Assembly (NCBI GenBank): GCA_965263035.1
Contig: OZ253580.1
Location: 5,760,001 to 5,824,000, forward strand
DNA length: 64,000 nt
Direction: 5' to 3'
Source: Acidobacteriota bacterium
Lineage (GTDB): Bacteria; Acidobacteriota; UBA6911; RPQK01; JAJDTT01
The notes under the pieces were generated by a model. The model saw only the letters and a list, made by a program, of their open reading frames with translations, was not told where the DNA came from and ran no database searches. A program made the position numbers and the translations under genes. Below, piece after piece: positions 48,074 to 58,571 of this stretch. The first letter of the stretch is position 1; each line of letters begins with the position of its first letter.

Positions 48074-49300
48074 TTAGAGGAACTTGTCCTGCATCGATGC
48101 GGCGACGGACCGGACCAGACGGTCTCCCGTGGTGAAGAAAATGTCCTGGATCTGTTTCCGCGTCAGCCCCAGTCGAATCGCCGCCCGTCGCATGGCCCGC
48201 AACTGCTCGTAGAGGTAGAAGGTCAGCTCTCCCCCCAGTTGGTTGGTGGTGGGGGTCAGATCCCCCCAACTGGATCCATAGAAGACAATCTTCCCTCGGG
48301 AAAAGGCCACGTCGCCCGAGTCGGCCCCGTACAGGATCCGATCCGTGTCCACCTGTGAGAAGAGCACGTCGAAGGATTCCATGGAACAGACGGCAGAGAC
48401 TTCGTACCAGACGTTGGGAAGCCCGCGGAAGGAGGGGGCGGCCTTTTCGATGGGGTACGGAGAGAAGCTGCGCGCTTCGTGAGCGAGAATCCATCGGGCT
48501 CGAGGATAGTGGTCGGCCAAACGGAGCATGTCGCTCACGTTTCTCGGGTCCGCGAAAGATTTCTTCATGCCCACGTGAAGCATGATGAGCAGTCCGTAGC
48601 GGTCGGCCACGGCGATCTGGTGCTCGGGGAGGAAATCGGTGATCCGGCATTCCGGGGTGGTGCAATACCGAGCATAAGGTTTCAGACCCAGCAAACGGTG
48701 CTTCAGGACCGTCTCCTCCACCTCATGCGCCGAGATGGACGGCTCCACCAGCATCAGGGCGGCGGACCCGGGCTCCTTCCGGATCTCTCTGCCAGCGAAT
48801 TCGTTCGATTTCCGGAAATCACACCGGTAGAAGGGGAAGGGAAACGCCAGCCGCGTGATCTGACGGCCCGGCATCAGGACGCTTTCGACTTGGCGCACCG
48901 TGTCGATATCGCAGTCGGTCCAGACAGTTTCGGTCTTGAAGTCCTCCTTTCGGGCAAGCGCCGTCCGGTAGTTCAAGTCGAAGTCGGCCCGGTAGATATG
49001 GCAATGGGCGTCGAAGATCCGCGTGGGAACAAAGTCCGAGAGTTCCTCTTCCCAGATCTGCCGGTCGAGAGGCTCCATCCTGCGGGGAACGCTTTCTCCT
49101 TCCCGCGTCCTGATGGAAGGTTTTCGGACCGAGGACTCGTCTTGGGGACTGGCGGCAACCGTCCGATTCAACTGTGCGGCGGCCAAGGCGGAGGCACCTG
49201 TGGTCAGGAAACGTCTTCGGCCGAGGCTCCGGCCGTCCGACTCGTGATTGGGTCCGGCGCCGGGTCTGATGCACGTTTCCTCTCTGGCGTGGCCCATCAC
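48074..49300 (-). CDS. Amidohydrolase family (amidohydro_2) protein, Tat-exported
   Basis: RRRFL Tat motif; DAHCH, GLKPY, MLH, LAH and YGAD motifs. Confidence 0.85.
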   Translation of the reverse strand: MMGHAREETCIRPGAGPNHESDGRSLGRRRFLTTGASALAAAQLNRTVAASPQDESSVRKPSIRTREGESVPRRMEPLDRQIWEEELSDFVPTRIFDAHCHIYRADFDLNYRTALARKEDFKTETVWTDCDIDTVRQVESVLMPGRQITRLAFPFPFYRCDFRKSNEFAGREIRKEPGSAALMLVEPSISAHEVEETVLKHRLLGLKPYARYCTTPECRITDFLPEHQIAVADRYGLLIMLHVGMKKSFADPRNVSDMLRLADHYPRARWILAHEARSFSPYPIEKAAPSFRGLPNVWYEVSAVCSMESFDVLFSQVDTDRILYGADSGDVAFSRGKIVFYGSSWGDLTPTTNQLGGELTFYLYEQLRAMRRAAIRLGLTRKQIQDIFFTTGDRLVRSVAASMQDKFL

Positions 49301-50391
49301 TGGTTTCGGCTACCTTCGCCGGCGGCTCCTTGCGGATCGGATTCAGGATTCTGGGGCACGACCAACAAGCCGCGATCCCGCAGTTCCCTGAAGATGGCCT
49401 CTCCCAACAGATGGTATCCATCGGGGTTGGGATGCCGGGGATCGCCGTAAAGGTCCGATTTTCCGGCGTAGATCTCGGTCAGATCCGCACAGTAGGGAAT
49501 CTGCTGGCAGCGGACCTGGGCCGCCTCGTAGTAACGGGTCAACGCCACGTGGTAGGGCGTTATGTCCGGACGCAGCCGCTGCTTCCGCTCCTCCCACATT
49601 TCTTTCTCGCGAGGTGACGGGTCGTAGCTCCCGAATCCCATGATGGGCTGCAGTACCGCCAGGTACCGGATGCCGAACTCCCCTGAGACGGCGTTCATGA
49701 TGCGCACGTTCTTCTCCCACACCTCCTCGGCCTTCATTTCGTCCGGATGCCCCCAATGTGGCTCCTGCAGGATGCCTTCCCCGAACCTCAGAAGACGGGC
49801 CAGATTGGGCAGAAACAGACTTTGGGAGGAGGCGTTCACCACATATTCCATGATCGCCTGCTGGGGATGGTTCACCATGGGAGTGGAGGGAGAGATGGAC
49901 TTGACCAGTCCCAAGTCGTTGACTCCATCCACCGAAACCACCACATGGGGATTCAGGGCCAACGCGTCCCGGATCAGCTTGATCACCTCCTGGTTGGTGG
50001 AGTAGCTGCCCACGCCCCCGTTGTAGATGCGCGCCGGGATCCCTTCACTCGCCAGGATCTCCGAGAGGGTGCCGGACCAGTGTCCTTCATTGTAGGGATC
50101 AGTGGTGGAGCCCCCCAGGGCCACGATGCGAAGCGCGCCTTCGCCCTCTCCGTCTCCGAAGACCTGGAAAGCGGGCTCAAGAGCGTAGCCCAGGTGCGGG
50201 TCCACGGCCAGGGGTCCCCGGGAGGTCCCGACGAACCCCTTCGCCAAGCGGCGATGAAACTCCTCGCCGCGAGACACGAAGAAGCCCGAGGCCGGACCGG
50301 AACCCAAGGAAAGCAGCAGCCACGCCGCGCTCTCCACGAGAAGAAGGAGAACAAATGCGACGCCGATTCCGGCGCCTAGCTTGCGGATCAT
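49297..50391 (-). CDS. SGNH/GDSL hydrolase family protein, membrane-anchored
   Basis: LGGSTT, NGGVG, DGVND and DPRHP catalytic blocks. Confidence 0.85.
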   Translation of the reverse strand: MIRKLGAGIGVAFVLLLLVESAAWLLLSLGSGPASGFFVSRGEEFHRRLAKGFVGTSRGPLAVDPHLGYALEPAFQVFGDGEGEGALRIVALGGSTTDPYNEGHWSGTLSEILASEGIPARIYNGGVGSYSTNQEVIKLIRDALALNPHVVVSVDGVNDLGLVKSISPSTPMVNHPQQAIMEYVVNASSQSLFLPNLARLLRFGEGILQEPHWGHPDEMKAEEVWEKNVRIMNAVSGEFGIRYLAVLQPIMGFGSYDPSPREKEMWEERKQRLRPDITPYHVALTRYYEAAQVRCQQIPYCADLTEIYAGKSDLYGDPRHPNPDGYHLLGEAIFRELRDRGLLVVPQNPESDPQGAAGEGSRNQ

Positions 50392-50503
50392 GTGAACGGC
50401 CTCCGACGGTCGGCCCATCTTGGTGGAAAATCGGAATTTATCATAGGATGGACCCGGCCGCAGGATGACCCTGTTGGTGACCGGCCGGAAAGGATACGAA
50501 TCA

Positions 50504-52393
50504 ATGAATACGCCCGGAAAGGAACCAACCATTCGGCTTACGGCCGCACAGGCCATCGTCAAATATCTGCAGAGGCAGTACAGCGAGCGGGATGGCTTCC
50601 GGCAACGGTTGGTGCCGGCCATGTTCGGAATATTCGGCCACGGCAACGTCACCGGAATGGGACAGGCCTTGGAAGAGTACGGTTCGGAGCTGCCCTACTA
50701 CCAGCCCTGCAACGAACAGTCCATGGTGCATACGGCGGCCGGTTTTGCCAGGGCCAAGCGGCGCCTCGCCACGCTGGCCTGCACCACGTCCATCGGTCCT
50801 GGAGCCACCAACATGATCACGGGCGCGGCGGCGGCCACCATCAACCGGCTACCCGTGCTCCTCTTTCCCTCGGACATCTACGCCAATCGGAAGCAGGGCC
50901 CGGTGCTCCAGCAATTGGAGCATCCCTCGGCCGGCGACGTGAGCGTGAACGACTGCTTTCGGCCCGTCAGCCGCTTTTTCGACCGCATCACCCGGCCGGA
51001 GCAGATCCTCACGGCCCTTCCGGAAGCCATGCGGGTGTTGACGGACCCGGCGGAAACGGGGTCGGTCACCCTCTGTCTCTGCCAAGACGTCCAGCCGGAG
51101 GCTTTCGACTATCCCGTCCACTTCTTCGAGGAAAGAGATTGGCGGATCGAACGGCGCCTGCCCGACCCCAAGCGGGTCCGAGAGGCGATGGAGTTGTTGA
51201 GGGCGGCCCGGAGACCCTTGATCATCGCCGGCGGAGGCGTCATCTATTCCGACGCTTCCCGCCAACTGGAGCACTTCTCCCGGTTCTGCGGTCTTCCGGT
51301 GGTGGAGACGCACGCCGGCAAGGGGGCACATGGTCGGCCGTCGGACCTCCTGGCGGGAGGCCTGGGCACCACCGGGAACCCGGCTGCGACCCGACTGGCT
51401 GCCGCCGCCGATCTGATTCTGTGCGTCGGAACTCGCCTGTCCGATTTCGACACCGGCTCCCAATCGGGCTTCCAGCACCCGGACGTCCGCTTCATCAACA
51501 TCAACGTCTGTGGCCGCGATGCCTACAAGCAGGGAGCCTTGCCGCTCCTGGCCGATGCGCGCGAGGCGCTGCAGGCTCTGGCCGATGCCGCGGAGGAGGC
51601 CGGTATCGAGACCGAGCCGTCCTACCGGCGGGAGGTCATCGAGATCTGCCGGGACTGGGAAGGAGTCTGCCGGCGGGAGGTGAACGAGCACGATCGCGAG
51701 GTGATGCTCCAGACTCAGTTGGTCCGCACCCTGCAAGAAGAGTCTCAGCCCGGAGATACGGTCGTTGCCGCCGCCGGAAGCCCCCCCGGCGACATCCTCA
51801 AGTTCTGGGACGCCACCGGGGCGCGCCACTGTCACCTGGAGTTCGGCTACTCCTGCATGGGCTACGAGTTGCCGGCCGGACTCGGCGTCCGCATGGCGCA
51901 CCCTGAGGGCGAGGTCGTCGTCTTCATCGGCGACGGCACCTACCTGATGAACCCCACCGAGCTGGTTACGGCGGTGCAGGAGGGCCTGAAGCTGACGGTG
52001 GTCATCAGCGAGAATCGCGGCTTTCAATGCATCCGCGGACTGCAGGAGCTGCGCTCCGGCCAGGCCTTCGGCAATGAGTTTCGCCTCCGCAATCCCAAAA
52101 CCGGACGTCTGGACGGGGACTACCTCGAGATCGACTATGCCGGCAACGCGGCGTCCATGGGGGCCAGGACCTTCAACGTGGCGACGACGGAGGAACTGAG
52201 CCAAGCCCTCCGACAGGCCCGGCAGGAAACTCGGACCTGTGTCATCGTGGTCCGGACTGCCCGGGACGCGACATCGCCCCCTTCAGAGCTCTTCTGGGAC
52301 TTCACCGTGGCCGAGGTCAGTAACGATCCGCTGACGCGGGAACTGCGCAGGCGGTACGAGGAAGAACGTCGAGGCCAGCGGTTCCACTACTGA
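50504..52393 (+). CDS. iolD: 3D-(3,5/4)-trihydroxycyclohexane-1,2-dione acylhydrolase (TPP-dependent)
   Basis: RLTAAQAIVKYL, GIFGHGNV, NEQSM, TTSIGPGATN, VNDCFRPVSR, YSCMGYE and GDGTYLM motifs. Confidence 0.93.
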   Translation: MNTPGKEPTIRLTAAQAIVKYLQRQYSERDGFRQRLVPAMFGIFGHGNVTGMGQALEEYGSELPYYQPCNEQSMVHTAAGFARAKRRLATLACTTSIGPGATNMITGAAAATINRLPVLLFPSDIYANRKQGPVLQQLEHPSAGDVSVNDCFRPVSRFFDRITRPEQILTALPEAMRVLTDPAETGSVTLCLCQDVQPEAFDYPVHFFEERDWRIERRLPDPKRVREAMELLRAARRPLIIAGGGVIYSDASRQLEHFSRFCGLPVVETHAGKGAHGRPSDLLAGGLGTTGNPAATRLAAAADLILCVGTRLSDFDTGSQSGFQHPDVRFININVCGRDAYKQGALPLLADAREALQALADAAEEAGIETEPSYRREVIEICRDWEGVCRREVNEHDREVMLQTQLVRTLQEESQPGDTVVAAAGSPPGDILKFWDATGARHCHLEFGYSCMGYELPAGLGVRMAHPEGEVVVFIGDGTYLMNPTELVTAVQEGLKLTVVISENRGFQCIRGLQELRSGQAFGNEFRLRNPKTGRLDGDYLEIDYAGNAASMGARTFNVATTEELSQALRQARQETRTCVIVVRTARDATSPPSELFWDFTVAEVSNDPLTRELRRRYEEERRGQRFHY

Positions 52394-53895
52394 GCTTCGG
52401 AAACCGGCTGGACCCGCTTCCAGCGCGACGCCACCACCATGGATCCCAGGAGCAGCCCGGCCAGGATCACGAAGCCTCGAATCTGATCGTAGTCCCAGAT
52501 GGCCTTGAGTCCCATGGCGGTGAAGGCCAGCCCGGCCATCAGGTTGGCAGCCATCAGGAAGCGGGGCATCCTCAGTTCCTTCGGCAGGAATTTCCAATCC
52601 GACCAGAGGTTGGCCAGACAGTAAAAGCCGCAGAGCAGGACTCCGGTGTAGATGCCGGCAGGCGTGACGATGTCCAGCAGGTCCACCTGCGGAAAGAGCC
52701 GCGTCAGCCATAGGAGGCTCAGTCCTCCTAGCAGAATCCATAGAATCGTCGCCCATCTCAGTATCGGACTCTCCATCTCCGCACGGCTCTTCCCCAGGGT
52801 CAACCCGAACTCGTAGAAGACCCGATAGGTGACCTCCGGACCACCGTAGAGGATGCCGAAGAAGGCGAAAAAGACCCCGATCTTGTAGAGCGGCAGCAGC
52901 CAGGGGCTCAGTGTGGTGAGGAAGGTGGCCTGGTAGTTGAGCAGATTGACCCCGTCCGGCACCAGGTAGCGGGGTTGCAGAAGGACCGTGCCCAGAATCG
53001 AAAAGCAGGCGGCGACCAGCACGATCATGGCGAAGCTGACGACCGTATCGATGACGGCTGCCCGAACCCAGAGACGGGCCGGATGATCGGCGCGTGCCGC
53101 GATGTGCGCCAGCCGGGCGGGTGTCACCGGCCCGCAGTCGCTGTGACCCCACTTCTTCTCCCGCAGGAAGGAGACGTACGCCAGGTAGTCGTAACTCTGG
53201 CCTCCGAGGGCGGCAGCATAGACCATGAGCTCCAACCAGGGGGAACGAGCCGCCATCTCCGGCAGCTCCCGGGCAAGCCACTCGGGATAGGTGAGGGCGA
53301 CCGGTACCAGGAAACCTTGCATCACCTGCCACCAGTCGGGTCGAACGTGGAAGACAGCCACCAGGATGCAACTCACCGTCACACCCAGAATGACCATCTG
53401 GGCCTTCTCCAGGAACTGGTACCTGCCGATGGCCAGAAGCAGCAGGGCAACTACCACCCAGAGACTCGCCCAGACGTAAAGGTTCCCGACGCCGAAGATC
53501 CAGGTGCAGATGGTCCCCAGAACGCCTTCCAGGAAACACAGCCAGAGTGGAGAGCAAACCAGAGCCACCGCGACCATGAACAGGTTCATCCAGCCGGGAG
53601 GACCGGGAATGGAACTCCAGCGGCGGCACGGGTGTCCCCCGGTCAGGATCATGTGACGCATGCTGGTGTAGACCAGGATCCACTTGAGCAGTGCGATGAG
53701 CAGCAGAACCCAGAGAACCCGATAGCCGAAGACGGCGCCGGTCCGGGAGGGGAAAAAGATCTCCCCGCTGCCGATGTTGACCGAAGCGATGATGGCGCCG
53801 GGCCCGAAGAAGGCCATCCAGCGAAGGGGACTCCGGGAGAGCAGCGACGGCGGAGGAGCGGGCAACTTCAGGTTTGATTCTTCGGCCACGGGCAT
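52387..53895 (-). CDS. Nramp-like (APC superfamily) transporter
   Basis: FGPGAIIASVNIGSGE; about 11 TM helices. Lacks the DPGN motif of true MntH. Confidence 0.8.
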   Translation of the reverse strand: MPVAEESNLKLPAPPPSLLSRSPLRWMAFFGPGAIIASVNIGSGEIFFPSRTGAVFGYRVLWVLLLIALLKWILVYTSMRHMILTGGHPCRRWSSIPGPPGWMNLFMVAVALVCSPLWLCFLEGVLGTICTWIFGVGNLYVWASLWVVVALLLLAIGRYQFLEKAQMVILGVTVSCILVAVFHVRPDWWQVMQGFLVPVALTYPEWLARELPEMAARSPWLELMVYAAALGGQSYDYLAYVSFLREKKWGHSDCGPVTPARLAHIAARADHPARLWVRAAVIDTVVSFAMIVLVAACFSILGTVLLQPRYLVPDGVNLLNYQATFLTTLSPWLLPLYKIGVFFAFFGILYGGPEVTYRVFYEFGLTLGKSRAEMESPILRWATILWILLGGLSLLWLTRLFPQVDLLDIVTPAGIYTGVLLCGFYCLANLWSDWKFLPKELRMPRFLMAANLMAGLAFTAMGLKAIWDYDQIRGFVILAGLLLGSMVVASRWKRVQPVSEAQ

Positions 53896-53958
53896 CAGTA
53901 TAAGGGGGCGCGCGACCCATGGTGAAGCTTGTTTTCGATTGATAAGGAGTCCGGAGTC

Positions 53959-55530
53959 ATGAAATACAGGTTGGGCACCGTTGTTTTGCCCCTTTGCCTG
54001 GCAGCGGTCCAGGCGGCCTCCTCCCACGAACCTCTGAAGATCGGCTCTCAGCGTCAGCTCTTCATCGACGATTACGTCGTCCAGTCGATAGATCCGGGGG
54101 TCTATCGGCACCTGAACCAGCCCCTCAAGTACCGGGACAATCCCGTGATCCGTATGGACCAGGATTGGGAGCACAAGGGGGGACTGTCCCACGGGGGCGA
54201 CTGCGGACAGATCTTCTACGACCCGGACCGAAAGGTGTATCGATTTTACGGTCTGATGGTCAATTGGGACTGGTCGGAGCGATGGATCTTCTACGCCGAA
54301 TCCAAGGACGGCATCCATTGGATCAAGCCACGTCTGGGGCAGGTGGAGTACCTCGGTCACGACACGAATTTCATCTCCCTGCCTTTCGACAAGGAGGCGA
54401 CGAGCAACGCCGTCTTCCGCGACCCTGTGGCCAAGAGCGAGGACGAGCGGTTCAAGATGCTCTACTTCCAGAAACGGGGAGACCGGGTCAGGATGATGCC
54501 CGGCTACTCCCGGGACGGCTTCGACTGGAAGGCGTACCAGGTGGAGCGGCCCGCCGTCGATTTCTGGTCCGACACCAACAACAACCTGCTCTGGGACCCC
54601 AAGAAGAAGCGGTACATCCTCTACCTTCGGAGCTTCAACCGGCTGAGCCGTTGGATGAAGCCGGAGCCGGTCTACGCCGCGGATGCACGGGTCCGGACCG
54701 CTTCCTTCGCCACCAGCGTCGATTTCCTGAACTGGGACGCCCAACCCACGCTCCGGGACGCCCCCGACCGCTTCATTGCCTTTCATGCCGACGAGAAGGA
54801 CCGGGTGGGCGATCGGAATTTCTACACTTTGGAAGTGCTCCCCTACGAGGGGGGATTCGTCGGGTTCACCTCCGTCTACCACACCATGTTCGGAACCGCG
54901 CCGGCCGCAATGGATACGGGCAATGCCCAATCCCCCTGGATGGAGCGGATGGACGTGCAACTGCTCTGGAGCCGGGACGCGGAGAGGTTCCAGCGTGTGG
55001 GAGACCGGCGGGTGTTCATTCCCAATGGTCCGCCAGGCAGCTGGGATGAGCATCTGGTCTATTCGATCCACAACGGGATCATCCGGGAAGATCTGGGTGA
55101 GGTCTGGATCTACTACCAGGGCTTCCGCGGGCACCACTGGTTCTACCATCGCCAGGAGCCCCAGCTGGGACAGATCGGACTGGCCATCCTCAGGCTCGAC
55201 GGGTTCGTGAGCGTGACCGGGAAGGGAGCCTTGACCACGCGTCCCCTGTTGCTCGAGGGAAACCGGCTCCAGATCAATGCCACCGGAGTGGACAAGTTCG
55301 TGGGTCCCGGCTACGGGACCGTCCGGATCGAGGTCCTGGACGCCGCTACGGGCGAGGCGGTGGCCGGGTTCGGAAAAGAGGACTCGGATGCCTTCGGCGG
55401 GGACGAGATCGGGTACACGGCGAGTTGGAAGGGAAAGCAGGATCTGAGCGCCCTGCAGGGGAAGGCCGTTCGGTTGAAGTTCCACCTGGACAAGGCCAAG
55501 CTCTTCTCGTTCTGGGTCGACCAGGAATGA
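53959..55530 (+). CDS. Secreted five-bladed beta-propeller glycosidase-like protein
   Basis: RQLFIDD, YAESKDGIHWIKPRLG, SRDGFDW, LRLDGFVS, LFSFW; paralog of 46496..48061. Confidence 0.75.
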   Translation: MKYRLGTVVLPLCLAAVQAASSHEPLKIGSQRQLFIDDYVVQSIDPGVYRHLNQPLKYRDNPVIRMDQDWEHKGGLSHGGDCGQIFYDPDRKVYRFYGLMVNWDWSERWIFYAESKDGIHWIKPRLGQVEYLGHDTNFISLPFDKEATSNAVFRDPVAKSEDERFKMLYFQKRGDRVRMMPGYSRDGFDWKAYQVERPAVDFWSDTNNNLLWDPKKKRYILYLRSFNRLSRWMKPEPVYAADARVRTASFATSVDFLNWDAQPTLRDAPDRFIAFHADEKDRVGDRNFYTLEVLPYEGGFVGFTSVYHTMFGTAPAAMDTGNAQSPWMERMDVQLLWSRDAERFQRVGDRRVFIPNGPPGSWDEHLVYSIHNGIIREDLGEVWIYYQGFRGHHWFYHRQEPQLGQIGLAILRLDGFVSVTGKGALTTRPLLLEGNRLQINATGVDKFVGPGYGTVRIEVLDAATGEAVAGFGKEDSDAFGGDEIGYTASWKGKQDLSALQGKAVRLKFHLDKAKLFSFWVDQE

Positions 55531-55548
55531 CCCGGTGAGCTGATATCT

Positions 55549-56817
55549 CTACCGCGAGACCCGGACCCGCCGCAACAGGATGGCCTTCTGCTGACGGCCC
55601 TGCCGGTCCTGGTGCTTGAAGTGGGAGTAGGCGATGAGGAATTCGTCCGGTCCCACCGCCAACACGCTTGTATACCCGCACGTGTTCCGCTCGCCGGAGG
55701 TTCCCGTGGGAATCAATGTGGTGGGCTGGGACCATGACTTGCCGGTTCCGTCGGCGGAGAACTTCAGGTGCACGCCGTGACGGCCGAAAGAGCAGACCAT
55801 AATCCCGTTTTCCAGCAGCAGCAGACAGGGGAAAACGCCGAATTTATGGAGCGGCCGAACCGGTTCCCAGGTCCGTCCACGGTCCGAGCTGAAGGTGATG
55901 ACCAGACGGTGGCCCTTCGTGTAGTCCGTGTAGTGGGCCGATCCCCGGATGGCACAGACCAACCGTCCGTCCGACGCGAGGGCGATCATGGGTTCCGTCA
56001 TGTAGGAATCTCCGGTCGGGTCGACCGCAATGGTGCCTCTCCGGGTCCAGGTCCTGCCGTTGTCCCGCGAAACCATGCAGGTGGCCGGCCAGTGGCGAGG
56101 GATCGTATCGTCCCCGGCGGTGTATGTCCCCTGATAGTCGCCGTAGAACAGCTCCTTCCCCAACCTGGCGGGAGCGTGCTCGATCCGGGTGCGTCCCACC
56201 AAGTGGGACTTGGTGTGCTTCCAGATCAGGCGTCCTCGAGTGTCGTAGATCACCGTCTCCGGCTTCCAGGCGGGAAGTTCGGGGGTCCAGCGATAGGCGG
56301 GGAGCTCACGCATGAAGTCCTGGATTTCTTTCGGGGATTTCTCATACCGGTGCAGCGAAATCCCCTTTTCGTCCCCCAGATACCCCACCGGGGGTGGCAG
56401 ACTCAGGCCCGTGGCCCTCAGGTTGAAGGCGACGACGGGAGATATAGAGAGGAACTCACCCGGAGAAATCTCGGCCACCGTCGGGTGCGGTTTGTAGCCG
56501 GCCACATGATTGTAGACCCGCTTCCAGCTCCTCCCCTCGTCCGCCGAGACGTACATGGGGCTGGCATGCCCCACAGCTTCGGTGGCGTCGGCGTTGTGTG
56601 AATAGCCGAGGCCGATCCGTCCCTGGGGCAGTCGGAACAGGGCAGGGTACTGATGGTATCCCCAACGCGTCTCGCCGGGCTCGGAGGTGGCGATGACCTG
56701 GATCTCCCCGAGTTGCACCCGGACCTCGGGTCCCACAGGAACCAGTGGCGTGCCGGAACCCGCCAGCGGAGCGGACCATAAGGACAACAGGCAGATCGCC
56801 GCTTTGCCGGGAATGAA
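55549..56817 (-). CDS. Sialidase-like BNR/Asp-box protein (start unresolved)
   Basis: Asp-boxes SADEGRSW, SRDNGRTW, SSDRGRTW; TCGYT. The tracked start (56877) lies inside the tRNA; an alternative GTG is at 56718. Confidence 0.75.
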   Translation of the reverse strand, partial: FIPGKAAICLLSLWSAPLAGSGTPLVPVGPEVRVQLGEIQVIATSEPGETRWGYHQYPALFRLPQGRIGLGYSHNADATEAVGHASPMYVSADEGRSWKRVYNHVAGYKPHPTVAEISPGEFLSISPVVAFNLRATGLSLPPPVGYLGDEKGISLHRYEKSPKEIQDFMRELPAYRWTPELPAWKPETVIYDTRGRLIWKHTKSHLVGRTRIEHAPARLGKELFYGDYQGTYTAGDDTIPRHWPATCMVSRDNGRTWTRRGTIAVDPTGDSYMTEPMIALASDGRLVCAIRGSAHYTDYTKGHRLVITFSSDRGRTWEPVRPLHKFGVFPCLLLLENGIMVCSFGRHGVHLKFSADGTGKSWSQPTTLIPTGTSGERNTCGYTSVLAVGPDEFLIAYSHFKHQDRQGRQQKAILLRRVRVSR

Positions 56818-56818
56818 A

Positions 56819-56892
56819 CGCGCCCGGCAGGGCTCGAACCTGCGGCCTTTGGTTTCGTAGACCAACGCTCTATCCAACTGAGCTACGGGCGC
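56819..56892 (-). tRNA. tRNA-Arg(ACG)
   Basis: GCGCCCG TA GCTC AGTTGGATA GAGC G TTGGT CTACGAA ACCAA AGGCC GCAGG TTCGAGC CCTGC CGGGCGC G. Full cloverleaf; CCA not encoded. Confidence 0.97.
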
Positions 56893-56904
56893 CCGAGTGC
56901 CCGG

Positions 56905-56913
56905 AGTTTAGCA
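56905..56913 (-). promoter_or_regulatory. Extended -10 promoter of the tRNA
   Basis: TGcTAAACT followed by a GC-rich discriminator CCGGGC, 12 bp upstream of the tRNA 5' end. Confidence 0.55.
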
Positions 56914-57084
56914 AAATTGAACTCGGTCAGGAAGGCGTACTCATCGTTGCAGTTGGCGTCGCCACGGAGCAGACTGGTCGTCGGCGCCAACCACGGGATC
57001 CACCTTGGAGAGGATCCATCCGGAAGCCGGACGTACTTTGGCCAAGAAACCTTCCGGGCGCCCATGTCTCGGCAGTGTACACGA

Positions 57085-58476
57085 ATGACTGAGTTCGGGC
57101 GGCGCGGGTTTCTCAAGAGGTCCTCTACCCTCCTCATCGGAAGTTCCACGGCCGGTCTGTCTTCAGGGTGGATCGGAGCGGGCAATCGAATCCGGGCGGG
57201 ACTCATTGGGGCCGGCGCCCGAGGCCGAGGCCTGATGTACGAGGCCAGCGACCTGCCGGGCGTGGAGTTAGCGGTCATCTCCGATCCGGATCGGCGGCGG
57301 ATGGAGGGGACGGCAGCCGAACTGGAGAAGAAGACCGGCAGGCGCCCCCGGACCGAAACGGACCTGCGCCGGATCCTGGACGATCCGGAGATCGACGCCG
57401 TCATCATCGCCAGTTGCGACCACTGGCACGCCTTGGCCACCATCTGGGCGTGTCAGGCGGGAAAGCACGTCTACGTGGAAAAGCCCGTGTGTCACAACCT
57501 CTTCGAGGGGAGGAAGATGCTGGAGGCGGCCCGGAAATACGGCCGTATCGTCCAGACCGGAACTCAGCGGCGATCCAACGGCTCTTTTCGCAAGGCGGCT
57601 CATCTGATCCGGGAGGGAGCCATCGGCGACGTCTATTGGGCCAGCTTCGACCTTCCCAATCCCCGGGAGTCCATCGAATTCAAAAAGCAGGAGCCGGTCC
57701 CTTCCTGGCTCGATTGGGACCTGTGGCTGGGACCGGCCGAAAAGAGGCCTTACCACGCCAATCTGGTGCACTACAACTGGCAATGGTTCTGGGACTTCGG
57801 CAACGGCGAGCTGGCGACCAACGGGGTCCACCTTCTGGACATCGCCCGCTGGTGCCTGGGCAAGGGTCTACCCTCCCGAATCCATTCGGTGGGAGGGCGC
57901 TACGGTCCGCCCGACCAGGGAGAGACCCCCAACGCCCAGAAGGCCACTTTCCGGTACGACGACGGGACGCTGCTCACCGGTGAGGTTCGCAACCTCTATT
58001 CGGCTCAGGGAAGAGTGAGGCCCCGGCGGCCCGGCGACCCGGACCCCAGACGCTGGTGGCTCGACGAATTGTCCTGGAGCTTCTATGGGAGCAAGGGGTA
58101 TATCAATCTGAAACCGCGTCAGGGCGGCGGACGAGAAGAGGCACCGCGCCAGTTGGCCAAACGCTACGGCTGCGAGTATCAGGTATTTCTGGGCCGCAAC
58201 CCAGACCCCGAACCGGATCAGGGAATCCTGGAGCACGAGGACCACTTCGGAAATTTCGTTGAGGCGATCCGGTCAGGGCGCCCGGAAATCCTGACGGCGG
58301 GACTGGAGGACGGAGTGCTTTCGGCCAGCCACTGCATCATGGCCAACATCTCCCTCCGTCTCGGAAGGGAACTGCGGTACGACGCCGCAACTCACCGGTT
58401 CGTGGGGGATGACGAGGCTAATCGCCTGCTGACCCGATCCTATCGGGAGCCCTACGTCGTCCCCGATAAGATCTGA
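57085..58476 (+). CDS. Gfo/Idh/MocA family oxidoreductase, Tat-exported
   Basis: RRGFLK, IGAGARG, DHWH, HVYVEKP, GTQRRS and WDLWLGPA motifs. Confidence 0.92.
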   Translation: MTEFGRRGFLKRSSTLLIGSSTAGLSSGWIGAGNRIRAGLIGAGARGRGLMYEASDLPGVELAVISDPDRRRMEGTAAELEKKTGRRPRTETDLRRILDDPEIDAVIIASCDHWHALATIWACQAGKHVYVEKPVCHNLFEGRKMLEAARKYGRIVQTGTQRRSNGSFRKAAHLIREGAIGDVYWASFDLPNPRESIEFKKQEPVPSWLDWDLWLGPAEKRPYHANLVHYNWQWFWDFGNGELATNGVHLLDIARWCLGKGLPSRIHSVGGRYGPPDQGETPNAQKATFRYDDGTLLTGEVRNLYSAQGRVRPRRPGDPDPRRWWLDELSWSFYGSKGYINLKPRQGGGREEAPRQLAKRYGCEYQVFLGRNPDPEPDQGILEHEDHFGNFVEAIRSGRPEILTAGLEDGVLSASHCIMANISLRLGRELRYDAATHRFVGDDEANRLLTRSYREPYVVPDKI

Positions 58477-58571
58477 CCCGAAGAATTCTGAACCTCGATT
58501 CGAGACTCCGGACACGCTTCTGGAGCAGCGCGGCTCCCGGCCTCACGCCGGAACGGAGATGCGAAAGCCCT

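Noticed and set aside
52387-55485. 1032-aa ORF suggesting a giant transporter fusion
   Set aside because: Its N-terminal half is the antisense shadow of the real gene at 53959..55530; the transporter starts at about 53895.
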